Below, piece after piece: positions 54,442 to 62,374 of a stretch of DNA of 64,000 nt. Position numbers and translations under genes: made by a program. Each line of letters starts with the position of its first letter. Position 1 is the first letter of the stretch. Origin of the DNA: Candidatus Saccharibacteria bacterium CPR2 (GTDB taxonomy: Bacteria > Patescibacteriota > Saccharimonadia > Saccharimonadales > QWHN01); NCBI GenBank assembly GCA_021404905.1, contig QWHN01000001.1, positions 66,162 through 130,161 of the forward strand, written 5' to 3'. The notes beneath the pieces were generated by a model. That model saw nothing but the letters and a program-made list of their open reading frames with translations. It was not told where the DNA came from and searched no databases.

Positions 54442-56043
54442 ATGAAATATTTTGTTTACATAAGAAAATCAACCGAAGACGAAGAAAAACAAGTTCTCTC
54501 GCTTGAAACACAGATGGATAAAGCTAAGGAAATGTTTGGTCACCTTGACCTAATATTTCTTGAGCCAGAGTCGGCAAGTGCCTTTAAACCGTACAATCGC
54601 CCTATCTTTGCAGATATGATCAAGCGAATTGAGAATGGTGAAGCACAAGGCATTATTGCCTGGCACCCTGACCGTGTTTCTCGTAATGAGATTGACGCTG
54701 CACAGGTGACATATATGATCCGTACTGGCAAAATACAGGATTTGAAGTTTGGTTCATACAATTTTGATAACTCACCAGAGGGCATAATGATGCTCCAAAT
54801 GGTTATGTCTCAGTCCCAATACTTCTCAGCAAAGTTGAGTAAAGACGTAAAGCGTGGACTTGAGAAAAAGATCAAAATGGGCTGGAAGCCAGGAGTTGTT
54901 AAGGCTGGTTATCTCAATAACCCTGGTATGGAAAAAGGATCTCGGATTGTCAGCGAAGATCCGGTGAGGTATCGCCAAGTTAGGAAAATGTGGGATTTGC
55001 TTCTAACGGGTGCTTACACAGTTCCCCAAATTCAGGATATAGCTAACAATGAATGGGGATTTCGCTCAGTAAAACGAAAGAAAATTGGCGGTGGTCCGAT
55101 AGCTCGCAGTACACTTTACGCGTTGTTTACCGATCCCTTCTACGCAGGTCAATTATTCCATAAAGGTGAATATTATAAGGGTAGTCACAAGGCGATGATT
55201 ACGCTCGATGAGTTTGATCGAGCCCAGATGATCTTGGGTAGAAAAGGTAAACCTCGTCCACAGAAACACCGCTTTGCGTTTACTGGATTTATTCGTTGTG
55301 GCGATTGTGGTTGTTCAATTACTGCAGAGCCCAAACTCAAAGTCCTTAAGAGTACTGGTGAGACTAAGAAATATGTTTACTATCACTGCACTTGGAAGCG
55401 ACCTTGCAATCAACGCAAGGTTATAACTGAGGCAGAGCTAGAAAAACAGATTGAAGCCGAACTATCCAAGATCACTATAATCCCTGAATTTAAGGATTGG
55501 GCACTCGATGTTCTGAATAGCTCAAGCGACGAAGAGATTGAAAATAGGACTATTCTTCACAAGCAGCAAACCAGCACAATGTTAGCCATCCAAAAGCAAC
55601 TTGATAACTTGATCCAGATGTATACTCGGGAGCTTATTGACGATCAAGAATATACCAAGCAGCGTAGCGAACTGCAAGGGCAGAAAGTCAAGATCCAGGA
55701 AAAGCTGCGTAAAACAGAAGATCGTGCTGACGAATGGCTAGAACTGGCCGAAAAAGTATTCGACTTTGCAGTCCACGCACGACATAACTTTGTACACGGT
55801 GATCTAAACGCTAAAAAGGAGATATTTGTAGCACTAGGAAACAACCCAATACTAATGGACGGTCAGCTTACGATTGAGTTAAATGAATGGTTCAAACCAA
55901 TAGCTGAAAATAGTGAAAAACTAGCTACTGATTTTGAGCTGGTCAGAACCGACAAAAAAGACCCCCAAAACGGAGGTCAGTTTTTGCAATCCAATCAGGA
56001 TTTATTTTCTTGGCTCCGGAAAATGATGGCGTCGGATTCGTGA
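54442..56043 (+). CDS. large serine recombinase (integrase)
   Basis: YIRKSTEDEEKQVLSLETQ catalytic-Ser resolvase domain, a recombinase domain, a CGDCGCSITAE..YYHCTW zinc ribbon and a long coiled coil. AAGGAG SD. Confidence 0.9.
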   Translation: MKYFVYIRKSTEDEEKQVLSLETQMDKAKEMFGHLDLIFLEPESASAFKPYNRPIFADMIKRIENGEAQGIIAWHPDRVSRNEIDAAQVTYMIRTGKIQDLKFGSYNFDNSPEGIMMLQMVMSQSQYFSAKLSKDVKRGLEKKIKMGWKPGVVKAGYLNNPGMEKGSRIVSEDPVRYRQVRKMWDLLLTGAYTVPQIQDIANNEWGFRSVKRKKIGGGPIARSTLYALFTDPFYAGQLFHKGEYYKGSHKAMITLDEFDRAQMILGRKGKPRPQKHRFAFTGFIRCGDCGCSITAEPKLKVLKSTGETKKYVYYHCTWKRPCNQRKVITEAELEKQIEAELSKITIIPEFKDWALDVLNSSSDEEIENRTILHKQQTSTMLAIQKQLDNLIQMYTRELIDDQEYTKQRSELQGQKVKIQEKLRKTEDRADEWLELAEKVFDFAVHARHNFVHGDLNAKKEIFVALGNNPILMDGQLTIELNEWFKPIAENSEKLATDFELVRTDKKDPQNGGQFLQSNQDLFSWLRKMMASDS

Positions 56044-56494
56044 TTGAAGTTGGTCGCCAAGTATTGCCACTGTCGGTAGAAACAAACAAATCGCCCCAAC
56101 CACCAGTTGTATTGGTTGTGCCGCCAATTGCCGCATATACTTTCCCGGATGTATTTTTTGAATGGGTTATAGATGCTATTTTTAAATAACCTTGATTACT
56201 AAACCCTTCGCCTTGATTTACAGGAACCCATTTATCTCCTTGGTTTGTGGATTTGTGTATGCCCGCTACATCAGCCCCTACAAGAAGTTCATTAGTGCTG
56301 TTGGGGTTTATGGAAATTACATTCTGAAATCCAGCCCCGTGAAGCCCACTCTGAGAGAAACTAAGATTAATCGAATCTGTGCCAGCTGAGCTTTTTATTA
56401 TGAGATAGCCTGTAACCGACATCGATCCCGCAAAAGCAAGCGCAAATAAAAAATTTACTGCACTGTTCTTATTTATACGAATCTTACTAAACAT
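55943..56494 (-). pseudogene. N-terminal fragment of the interrupted BNR/dockerin surface protein (signal anchor + 2 Asp-box repeats); last ~15-25 codons are read-through into element DNA
   Basis: AVNFLFALAFAGSMSVTGYLII signal anchor, then STNQGDKW and STDSGNTW. The tail ..KKINPDWIAKTDLRFGGLFCRF* is antisense to the recombinase 3' end. Confidence 0.7.
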
Positions 56495-56641
56495 CTATAG
56501 TTAAATTATACGATAAACATAAGTATAGTTATGCAAATTCAGTTCGCAAAAATCACTAAATTTGATTGGCGCATTTGCGAAAATAATAAGTTGTAATTTA
56601 TTTAATAATGTATAATTACTTTTGTAAACAAAGGTAAAGGC

Positions 56642-57019
56642 ATGGCTAAATGTAATGTACTGATAGTTGAAGATGATGAAAGCCTGAGAAAATCCTTGGA
56701 GGAAAAGCTCACACACGAAGGCTTTGAGGTCGTCAGTGTAGTGAATGGAAACGAAGCGTTTGATGCCGCAAAAACATATAAGCCGCAACTTATTCTGTTA
56801 GACATAATTTTACCAACTAAATCTGGCTGGGAAGTTTTGCAAAACTTAAAGGGCAATGACACTACAAAATCAATTCCAGTGTTAATAATTAGCAATTTTG
56901 GATCTGAAACGTCCAAAGAGCAGGCGGCAAATGCGGGAGCGGAAGATTTTATTCTTAAGAGTAACGTCGGTCTTGGAGACTTGGTCTCTAAAGTAAAAGA
57001 AAAGCTTAGTCGCAAGTAA
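56642..57019 (+). CDS. stand-alone response regulator receiver (CheY-like), paralog 1
   Basis: VLIVEDDESL.., phospho-acceptor LLDIILP, and ..ISNFG..KS. No output domain. Confidence 0.9.
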   Translation: MAKCNVLIVEDDESLRKSLEEKLTHEGFEVVSVVNGNEAFDAAKTYKPQLILLDIILPTKSGWEVLQNLKGNDTTKSIPVLIISNFGSETSKEQAANAGAEDFILKSNVGLGDLVSKVKEKLSRK

Positions 57020-57082
57020 TTAATACTTAATGCCATATTGCTTGAGCTTATATAGTAATATAAGTATGAGCTAGGAACAGTT

Positions 57083-57502
57083 ATGGCACATCAACCGCAT
57101 GTATTTATCGTTGAAGATGATTTGGCATTAAGATTAACTCTCGAAGAAAAACTCAAGAGCAGTGGTTTTGAGGTTACTTCAACGGGAAAAGGCAGTGAAG
57201 CAGCAATGATTGCTGAAAAAGTTCTGCCTGATGTGATAATACTCGATATAATTTTGCCAAATAAATCCGGTTGGGAGATCCTGAAAGAATTTAAAGGCAG
57301 TAAATCAACGAAAGATATACCCGTCATAATAGTTAGTAATTTTGGAACTGAATCATCGGCTATGCAGGCTAAAGAGGCTGGCGCGATTGAATTTATTATG
57401 AAAAGCAATATTAGTTTGGAAGATCTTTTGGAGCGCATTAAGCAAGCAATACATGCCAGTAAATCATCTGTAAAAGAAATAAAAAATAGCTCGAGTACAT
57501 GA
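57083..57502 (+). CDS. stand-alone response regulator receiver (CheY-like), paralog 2
   Basis: VFIVEDDLAL.., ILDIILP, and ..VSNFG..KS. Collinear with paralog 1. Confidence 0.9.
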   Translation: MAHQPHVFIVEDDLALRLTLEEKLKSSGFEVTSTGKGSEAAMIAEKVLPDVIILDIILPNKSGWEILKEFKGSKSTKDIPVIIVSNFGTESSAMQAKEAGAIEFIMKSNISLEDLLERIKQAIHASKSSVKEIKNSSST

Positions 57503-57527
57503 TACAATTACTCGTAAGACTTGTATC

Positions 57528-58586
57528 TTGGTGCGGTGGGACATGAAAAACTATAAAAATAATCACATTCTTTCAAGAGCCTTCTTTTATATATTTCTGG
57601 TTATATTTATATTCATAGTTTTTTATTTTTCCTTAAACTCCAGTTATTACATTAATTTTAATCAATACAATATACTACTCGCCTTCTCTACTTTTATCCC
57701 GTTATTAATAGGTGTTTTTTCGCTGGCACAATATTTTGCAACTAAAGATGACCAGTTATTGGTACTGGGAAGCGGCTTTATAATCGTATTTTTCTTAGAA
57801 ATAATTCATTTTTTAATTTACGGGGATCCCAATTCCAATATCAGACAAGTTGCACTTGGGTCTCCAAGCCAATGGACTAATGTATTTTCTAGTTTGTTCC
57901 TGCCATTGATGGTTATTTACGGGTGGTGGGTGTGGCACAGGGAGCATCGTTTTAACAAAAAAGGTCTTTTCGCACCGCCAAAAATAATTATTTCTATTAC
58001 ATCAATAGGAGTAATTTTATGGTTAACTTTAATAGTCTTCCCCATTTTTCAACTATCCTTTTACAGATATAGCGACGGCAATTATCTTCATCTTATAAAC
58101 GCTTTTCTGATATTTATTTCAATAATATTAATATTCATAAAAAAAGAGTGGGCAAACTTAAGTTTGGACAAGTGGATATTAGCAGGTTTGATTATGATGT
58201 TTTTCGCTCAAATATTATTCTTTAGTAATTCGTTAGTGCAGTTTGACGCCTTATTTAGTGCTGGCTACACAATAAAAATTGTTTCCTACATGATGTTTAT
58301 GATTGGGCTAATTATTAATATGCATCAGACCATAAAAAGTGCTGAGGAAAATAGACAAATTTTAGAAAAAGAAAATATTGAGCTTAGAAATACCCGGGAA
58401 ACCTCGATAGTTTTAAAGATTATGGCTGAAAAAAATAAACGCAATATTGAAAAGGCTTTGGAAGAGACGCAAAAAAGTAAGAAGGAGCTTGAGCAAATGA
58501 ACGAGATTATGGTGGACCGAGAACTTAAAATGATGGAACTTAAAAGTGAAATTACAAAATTAAAGAAAGCACAAGGTCTAAAGTAA
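57528..58586 (+). CDS. polytopic (about 7-8 TM) sensor-like membrane protein with C-terminal coiled coil, no kinase domain
   Basis: MASE-like hydrophobic core followed by ..EQMNEIMVDRELKMMELKSEITKLKKAQG. Confidence 0.6.
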   Translation: MVRWDMKNYKNNHILSRAFFYIFLVIFIFIVFYFSLNSSYYINFNQYNILLAFSTFIPLLIGVFSLAQYFATKDDQLLVLGSGFIIVFFLEIIHFLIYGDPNSNIRQVALGSPSQWTNVFSSLFLPLMVIYGWWVWHREHRFNKKGLFAPPKIIISITSIGVILWLTLIVFPIFQLSFYRYSDGNYLHLINAFLIFISIILIFIKKEWANLSLDKWILAGLIMMFFAQILFFSNSLVQFDALFSAGYTIKIVSYMMFMIGLIINMHQTIKSAEENRQILEKENIELRNTRETSIVLKIMAEKNKRNIEKALEETQKSKKELEQMNEIMVDRELKMMELKSEITKLKKAQGLK

Positions 58587-58597
58587 CATAATTTCCC

Positions 58598-60229
58598 ATG
58601 AATAGTTATTTATTTAGTCAGGTCATTGTAGCTATATCTGCATTGATGCTTGTTTACTCGCTCTTTATTTTCATCAATTTGCATCAAGTGTTGTCAAGCA
58701 TAACTATCAAAAAAACGATTCGATACTGGTGGACGATACTCGCGTCCATGGTGAGTTTTATTGTGATTGGATATTGTTATGTAATTATAGATTTTTACGT
58801 TTTGGGCAATCATTCTTTTGCGGGAGAATTGATCTCTACACCAAATTTGATTTATCTGGGCTTAGTGGGTTCTATCGGTATCTTTATTACCAGTAAAATA
58901 TTTAAATACACAGTTATTGAACTGCACGCGCATCAGATGAAGCTATCTACCTATTTTCATGTTATTAATGACGCGCGAGCTACAACGGAAAAACTGGTTG
59001 GCGAGCAAAATTTTAGACTAGCAGTACAGACCGAACAAATGACACGGCAAAGAAAAGCAGTTTTAAACGTACTTGAAGACGTAAGTGTTGAAAGAGATAA
59101 AACTAAAGATTTAGCTGATGATTTAAAGAAATTTCATATGGCGGTAGAAAACGCATCAGACCAAATACTGATTACTGATGCTGAAGGAATTATTCTTTAT
59201 GCCAATAAAGCCGCGGAACATATAACTGGTTTTTCTCGAAAAGAAATGATCGGCCAAAAGGCCGGATCAAAACATCTGTGGGGCGGAAATATGGATAAAA
59301 AATTCTATGAAAATTTATGGCACATTATTAAAGACAAAAAAGACGTATTCGTTGGGGATATCAAAAACTCCAGAAAAAATGGAACAATCTATTACTCGTC
59401 CGCGACAATTAGCCCAGTTCTTGATGAGCGCGAAAACGTTATATATTTCGTAGATATCCAGCGTGACATTACAAAACTCAAAGAGATCGATGAAGCAAAA
59501 ACAGAATTTGTTTCTTTAGCGTCTCATCAACTTAGAACTCCTTTATCCTCAGTAAACTGGATAACAGAAATGCTGTTATCAAAAGACATTGGCGAGTTAA
59601 ATGAAAAACAAAACAAATTCGTAGAGCTTATTCATGACAGCAACCAAAGAATGATAGCTTTAGTGGAAGATTTACTTAACGTTTCAAGGATAGAACTTGG
59701 CAAATTTTTGCCAGAACCTGAAAAAATTAATTTAGTAGAAATAGTTGAGAGCGTGATTGATGAACTTAGACCAAAGTTAAAATCACGAAAAGTCTCAATC
59801 CATAAACACATAAGTTCAGACGTGGGAACTTTATATTTGGATTCACATCATACTCGAATGGCAATACAGAACCTGCTTGATAACTCAGCTAAGTATGCCT
59901 TTGAAGGCGGAGAGATAACGGTTACCATCAAAAAAATTAACAAAGGCACCTCAGTAGACGACCACAGTTTACATGAGAATGGAGTTTTGTTGTCAATCTC
60001 TGATACAGGTTATGGCATTCCTGTAGACCAACAAGATAAGATTTTCCAGAAGTTATTCCGCGCCCAGAATGTCATTGAACATGAAACTGAAGGAACAGGC
60101 TTGGGGCTATATATAGTAAAGTCATTAGTAGAAAGAGCTGGCGGAAAAATTTGGTTTAAATCTGAAGAAAACAAGGGCACGACGTTTTACATCTTGTATC
60201 CCCGGAAGGCTAAAGCACACAAAAAGTAG
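58598..60229 (+). CDS. membrane-bound PAS sensor histidine kinase
   Basis: About 4 TM segments, a coiled coil, PAS (NASDQILITDAEGIILYANKAAEHITGFSRKEMIGQ), HisKA H-box (FVSLASHQLRTPL), and HATPase N and G boxes (LLDNSAKYA, DTGYGIP, GTGLGLYIV). Confidence 0.9.
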   Translation: MNSYLFSQVIVAISALMLVYSLFIFINLHQVLSSITIKKTIRYWWTILASMVSFIVIGYCYVIIDFYVLGNHSFAGELISTPNLIYLGLVGSIGIFITSKIFKYTVIELHAHQMKLSTYFHVINDARATTEKLVGEQNFRLAVQTEQMTRQRKAVLNVLEDVSVERDKTKDLADDLKKFHMAVENASDQILITDAEGIILYANKAAEHITGFSRKEMIGQKAGSKHLWGGNMDKKFYENLWHIIKDKKDVFVGDIKNSRKNGTIYYSSATISPVLDERENVIYFVDIQRDITKLKEIDEAKTEFVSLASHQLRTPLSSVNWITEMLLSKDIGELNEKQNKFVELIHDSNQRMIALVEDLLNVSRIELGKFLPEPEKINLVEIVESVIDELRPKLKSRKVSIHKHISSDVGTLYLDSHHTRMAIQNLLDNSAKYAFEGGEITVTIKKINKGTSVDDHSLHENGVLLSISDTGYGIPVDQQDKIFQKLFRAQNVIEHETEGTGLGLYIVKSLVERAGGKIWFKSEENKGTTFYILYPRKAKAHKK

Positions 60230-60350
60230 AAAATAGGAATTGGCAACTAGGAATTTGTTGTCTTGAAGTGTCTTGAAGGGTGGCACCCTTACTACTGTTC
60301 TTAACTATTTCCCAATTGCTAGTTGCTAGTTTCCAATTGCTAATTCCCAA
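60230..60350. repeat. intergenic hairpin element of the GGAATT/CCCAATT-word family (copy B)
   Basis: GAAAATAGGAATTGGCAACTAGGAATTT .. AAGGGTGgCACCCTT .. CTATTTCCCAATTGCTAGTTGCTAGTTTCCAATTGCTAATTCCCAAT. It also contains GTCTTGAAG x2 and sits between convergent genes, like copy A. Confidence 0.6.
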
Positions 60351-60353
60351 TCA

Positions 60354-61583
60354 CTATTCATTCCTGAGCGCGTCGATAGGGCTGATTTCTGCCGCTCTCT
60401 TTGCGGGAAAGTATACAACCGCCAGCCCCACCAAAGTCGTAAAAACAAGTGTTAATAATATTGTGTAAAACGGCATCGAAAAGAGTGAAAAACTTTCACT
60501 AACCCCCCTGCCCCTTGCCGAAGCATTAACGACAATATTTAAAATTGTCGATAAAATTGCCGCGCCAATTATTCCGCTCAAGCCTCCAAGAAATGCGAGC
60601 AGCCAAGCCTCTATGGTAAACAACATTCTAATATCGCGGCGCCGAGAGCCAATAGACATCATCAGCCCAACTTCTTGTGTTCTTTCAAGAAGCGAGATCG
60701 TTAAAGTGTTGAACATTCCAAGCACGGCAACTATCATGCCGACGCTACCAAAACCAACCAGTATTATATTAAAAAACTTAAATATTCTGTTAATTTCATT
60801 TAGGGTATCTATTGGTGATTGCGTTTGAAATCCCTTACTTTCAATTTGCTGTCGTATGTTGGGGATAACTTCAGTATTTTCTGCGACAACTTTGGTTTGG
60901 CTGTACATTTCAACCTGCAAGTCATCAAAAACTTTTCCAGAAAGAAATATTTCAGATCCGCCTTCGGACTCATACACACCAATTATCTTAAAGTTGGCTT
61001 TATAATCTTCTTTTAATCTACTGTTGCTACTGGCGGCAGAAACAAGTAAAGATAATTCTTTGCCAACAGCAGTATTTGGGTCTTTAAGCCCCATTTTTTC
61101 GAGCAATGCCTTACTAACAACCATTTGCCCTTTTTCATCAACGTTAAGTACTTCACCGGTAATGAGGCTTAGACTGCTAAGATCTAAGTACTGCTTATCA
61201 ACACCAAATACAACCGTATCAGTTTCAGCGCCATCAAAACTAGCACTTCCCGCAAATGAATAAGCGGTGCCAACATCCTCAACGCCGCTCATCTCTTTAA
61301 ATTGTTGGATATTTTGTTTGTTCAATATAATAATCTTGGAATTAGCTGAAGCAACATCAATAGTCTTTACTGATTGAGAGCCAACTATTTCTTTTGTAAC
61401 CAGATTTCTGAGCCCAAATCCAAGAGAGATTAAGAAGAATATAGCTCCAATTCCAATAACAACTCCCAGAATCGTAAGCCCCGATCGAAGCTTTTTAAAT
61501 CGCATGTTCTTCAGTGCCATGTCAAAAACTATAGACATTCTAAGACGACTTTTTTTCGCTGTAATGAATTTCTCTGTGCTCAT
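60354..61583 (-). CDS. ABC transporter permease, FtsX/MacB-type (4 TM with large extracytoplasmic domain)
   Basis: N-terminal TM segment, a ~220-aa loop, then three C-terminal TM segments ending ..AKRAAEISPIDALRNE. Confidence 0.85.
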   Translation of the reverse strand: MSTEKFITAKKSRLRMSIVFDMALKNMRFKKLRSGLTILGVVIGIGAIFFLISLGFGLRNLVTKEIVGSQSVKTIDVASANSKIIILNKQNIQQFKEMSGVEDVGTAYSFAGSASFDGAETDTVVFGVDKQYLDLSSLSLITGEVLNVDEKGQMVVSKALLEKMGLKDPNTAVGKELSLLVSAASSNSRLKEDYKANFKIIGVYESEGGSEIFLSGKVFDDLQVEMYSQTKVVAENTEVIPNIRQQIESKGFQTQSPIDTLNEINRIFKFFNIILVGFGSVGMIVAVLGMFNTLTISLLERTQEVGLMMSIGSRRRDIRMLFTIEAWLLAFLGGLSGIIGAAILSTILNIVVNASARGRGVSESFSLFSMPFYTILLTLVFTTLVGLAVVYFPAKRAAEISPIDALRNE

Positions 61584-62371
61584 TTTTCTTGTCCAGCCCC
61601 TTGTTTAGCTGATTTTTCTTGAGCCAAAGAGCTAAACCTTTTTGCAACATTTCTTTTGTCTGGAGACTGAGTGACGCTGGCTCCGCCATTTACCAACCTA
61701 CCGTCTTGCAGTTCATAAACTATGTCTCCCATTGGCAAATAGCGCAAATCGTGAGTAACTAAAATAATTGTTTTATTAAATTCCGCTTTGCAACCCTGTA
61801 ATGTGCTCATAACCATATCACTGCTCATAGTATCCAAGTTGCCTGTTGGCTCGTCGGCAACAATAAAGTCAGGATCAGCAACTAGTCCCCTGGCCATAGA
61901 CACCCTTTGCTGCTCACCTCCGGAGAGTTGAGTTGGGTATTTATGGGCGTATTTGTCCATTCCAATTTGCTTCAGATATTTGATGGCTTGCTCTTGTGCT
62001 GATCTTTTAGACCAACCAGAAAAATAAAGAGGTAAACTTACATTCTCAACAACTTTCAAGCTTTTTACCCAATAGCTTGTCTGATACACTCTGCCCAAAG
62101 TTTTTGCCCTAAAGCCGGCAACTTGTTCGGGATTTAGGGAGTAAAGGTCAGTTCCTCGAAACATTAACTTACCTTCCATTGGCTTAAGAAGCCCCGATAA
62201 AATATTGAGCAATGTAGATTTGCCACTTCCAGAGGGACCAAAGATTATAACAAATGAACTTTCAGGAACATCGAAACTTAAACCTTTAAGCACTTCTTGC
62301 ATACTTTCGCCCACGTGATACGAATGCGCCACATTCTCGATCCTTAGCATCACCCCCTTATCTTCACCCAT
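61580..62371 (-). CDS. ABC transporter ATP-binding protein (MacB/LolD/FtsE-like)
   Basis: GPSGSGKSTLLN (Walker A), LSGGEQQRV (signature) and IVADEPTGNLD (Walker B). It overlaps the permease by 4 nt. Confidence 0.9.
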   Translation of the reverse strand: MGEDKGVMLRIENVAHSYHVGESMQEVLKGLSFDVPESSFVIIFGPSGSGKSTLLNILSGLLKPMEGKLMFRGTDLYSLNPEQVAGFRAKTLGRVYQTSYWVKSLKVVENVSLPLYFSGWSKRSAQEQAIKYLKQIGMDKYAHKYPTQLSGGEQQRVSMARGLVADPDFIVADEPTGNLDTMSSDMVMSTLQGCKAEFNKTIILVTHDLRYLPMGDIVYELQDGRLVNGGASVTQSPDKRNVAKRFSSLAQEKSAKQGAGQEK

Positions 62372-62374
62372 TTT

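Larger units (their letters stand above)
45556..56005. mobile_element. ~10.5 kb integrative element (large-serine-recombinase type) inserted in the BNR/dockerin gene; boundaries approximate (+/- ~40 bp)
   Basis: It is flanked by the two halves of one gene on the same strand. The recombinase gene sits at the right edge. Cargo is R-M, NTase module and HTH regulators. Confidence 0.7.

Noticed and set aside
56543-56581. Inverted repeat TTCGCAAA-N23-TTTGCGAA in the divergent region between the BNR gene fragment and the first receiver gene.
   Set aside because: It has only 8-bp arms in AT-rich DNA, which is compatible with chance. It is noted as a weak operator candidate only.
60280-60468. Track ORF of 62 aa (+) spanning intergenic repeat copy B and the permease 3' end.
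   Set aside because: It starts inside the hairpin element, runs antisense to the FtsX-type permease, and has no SD.
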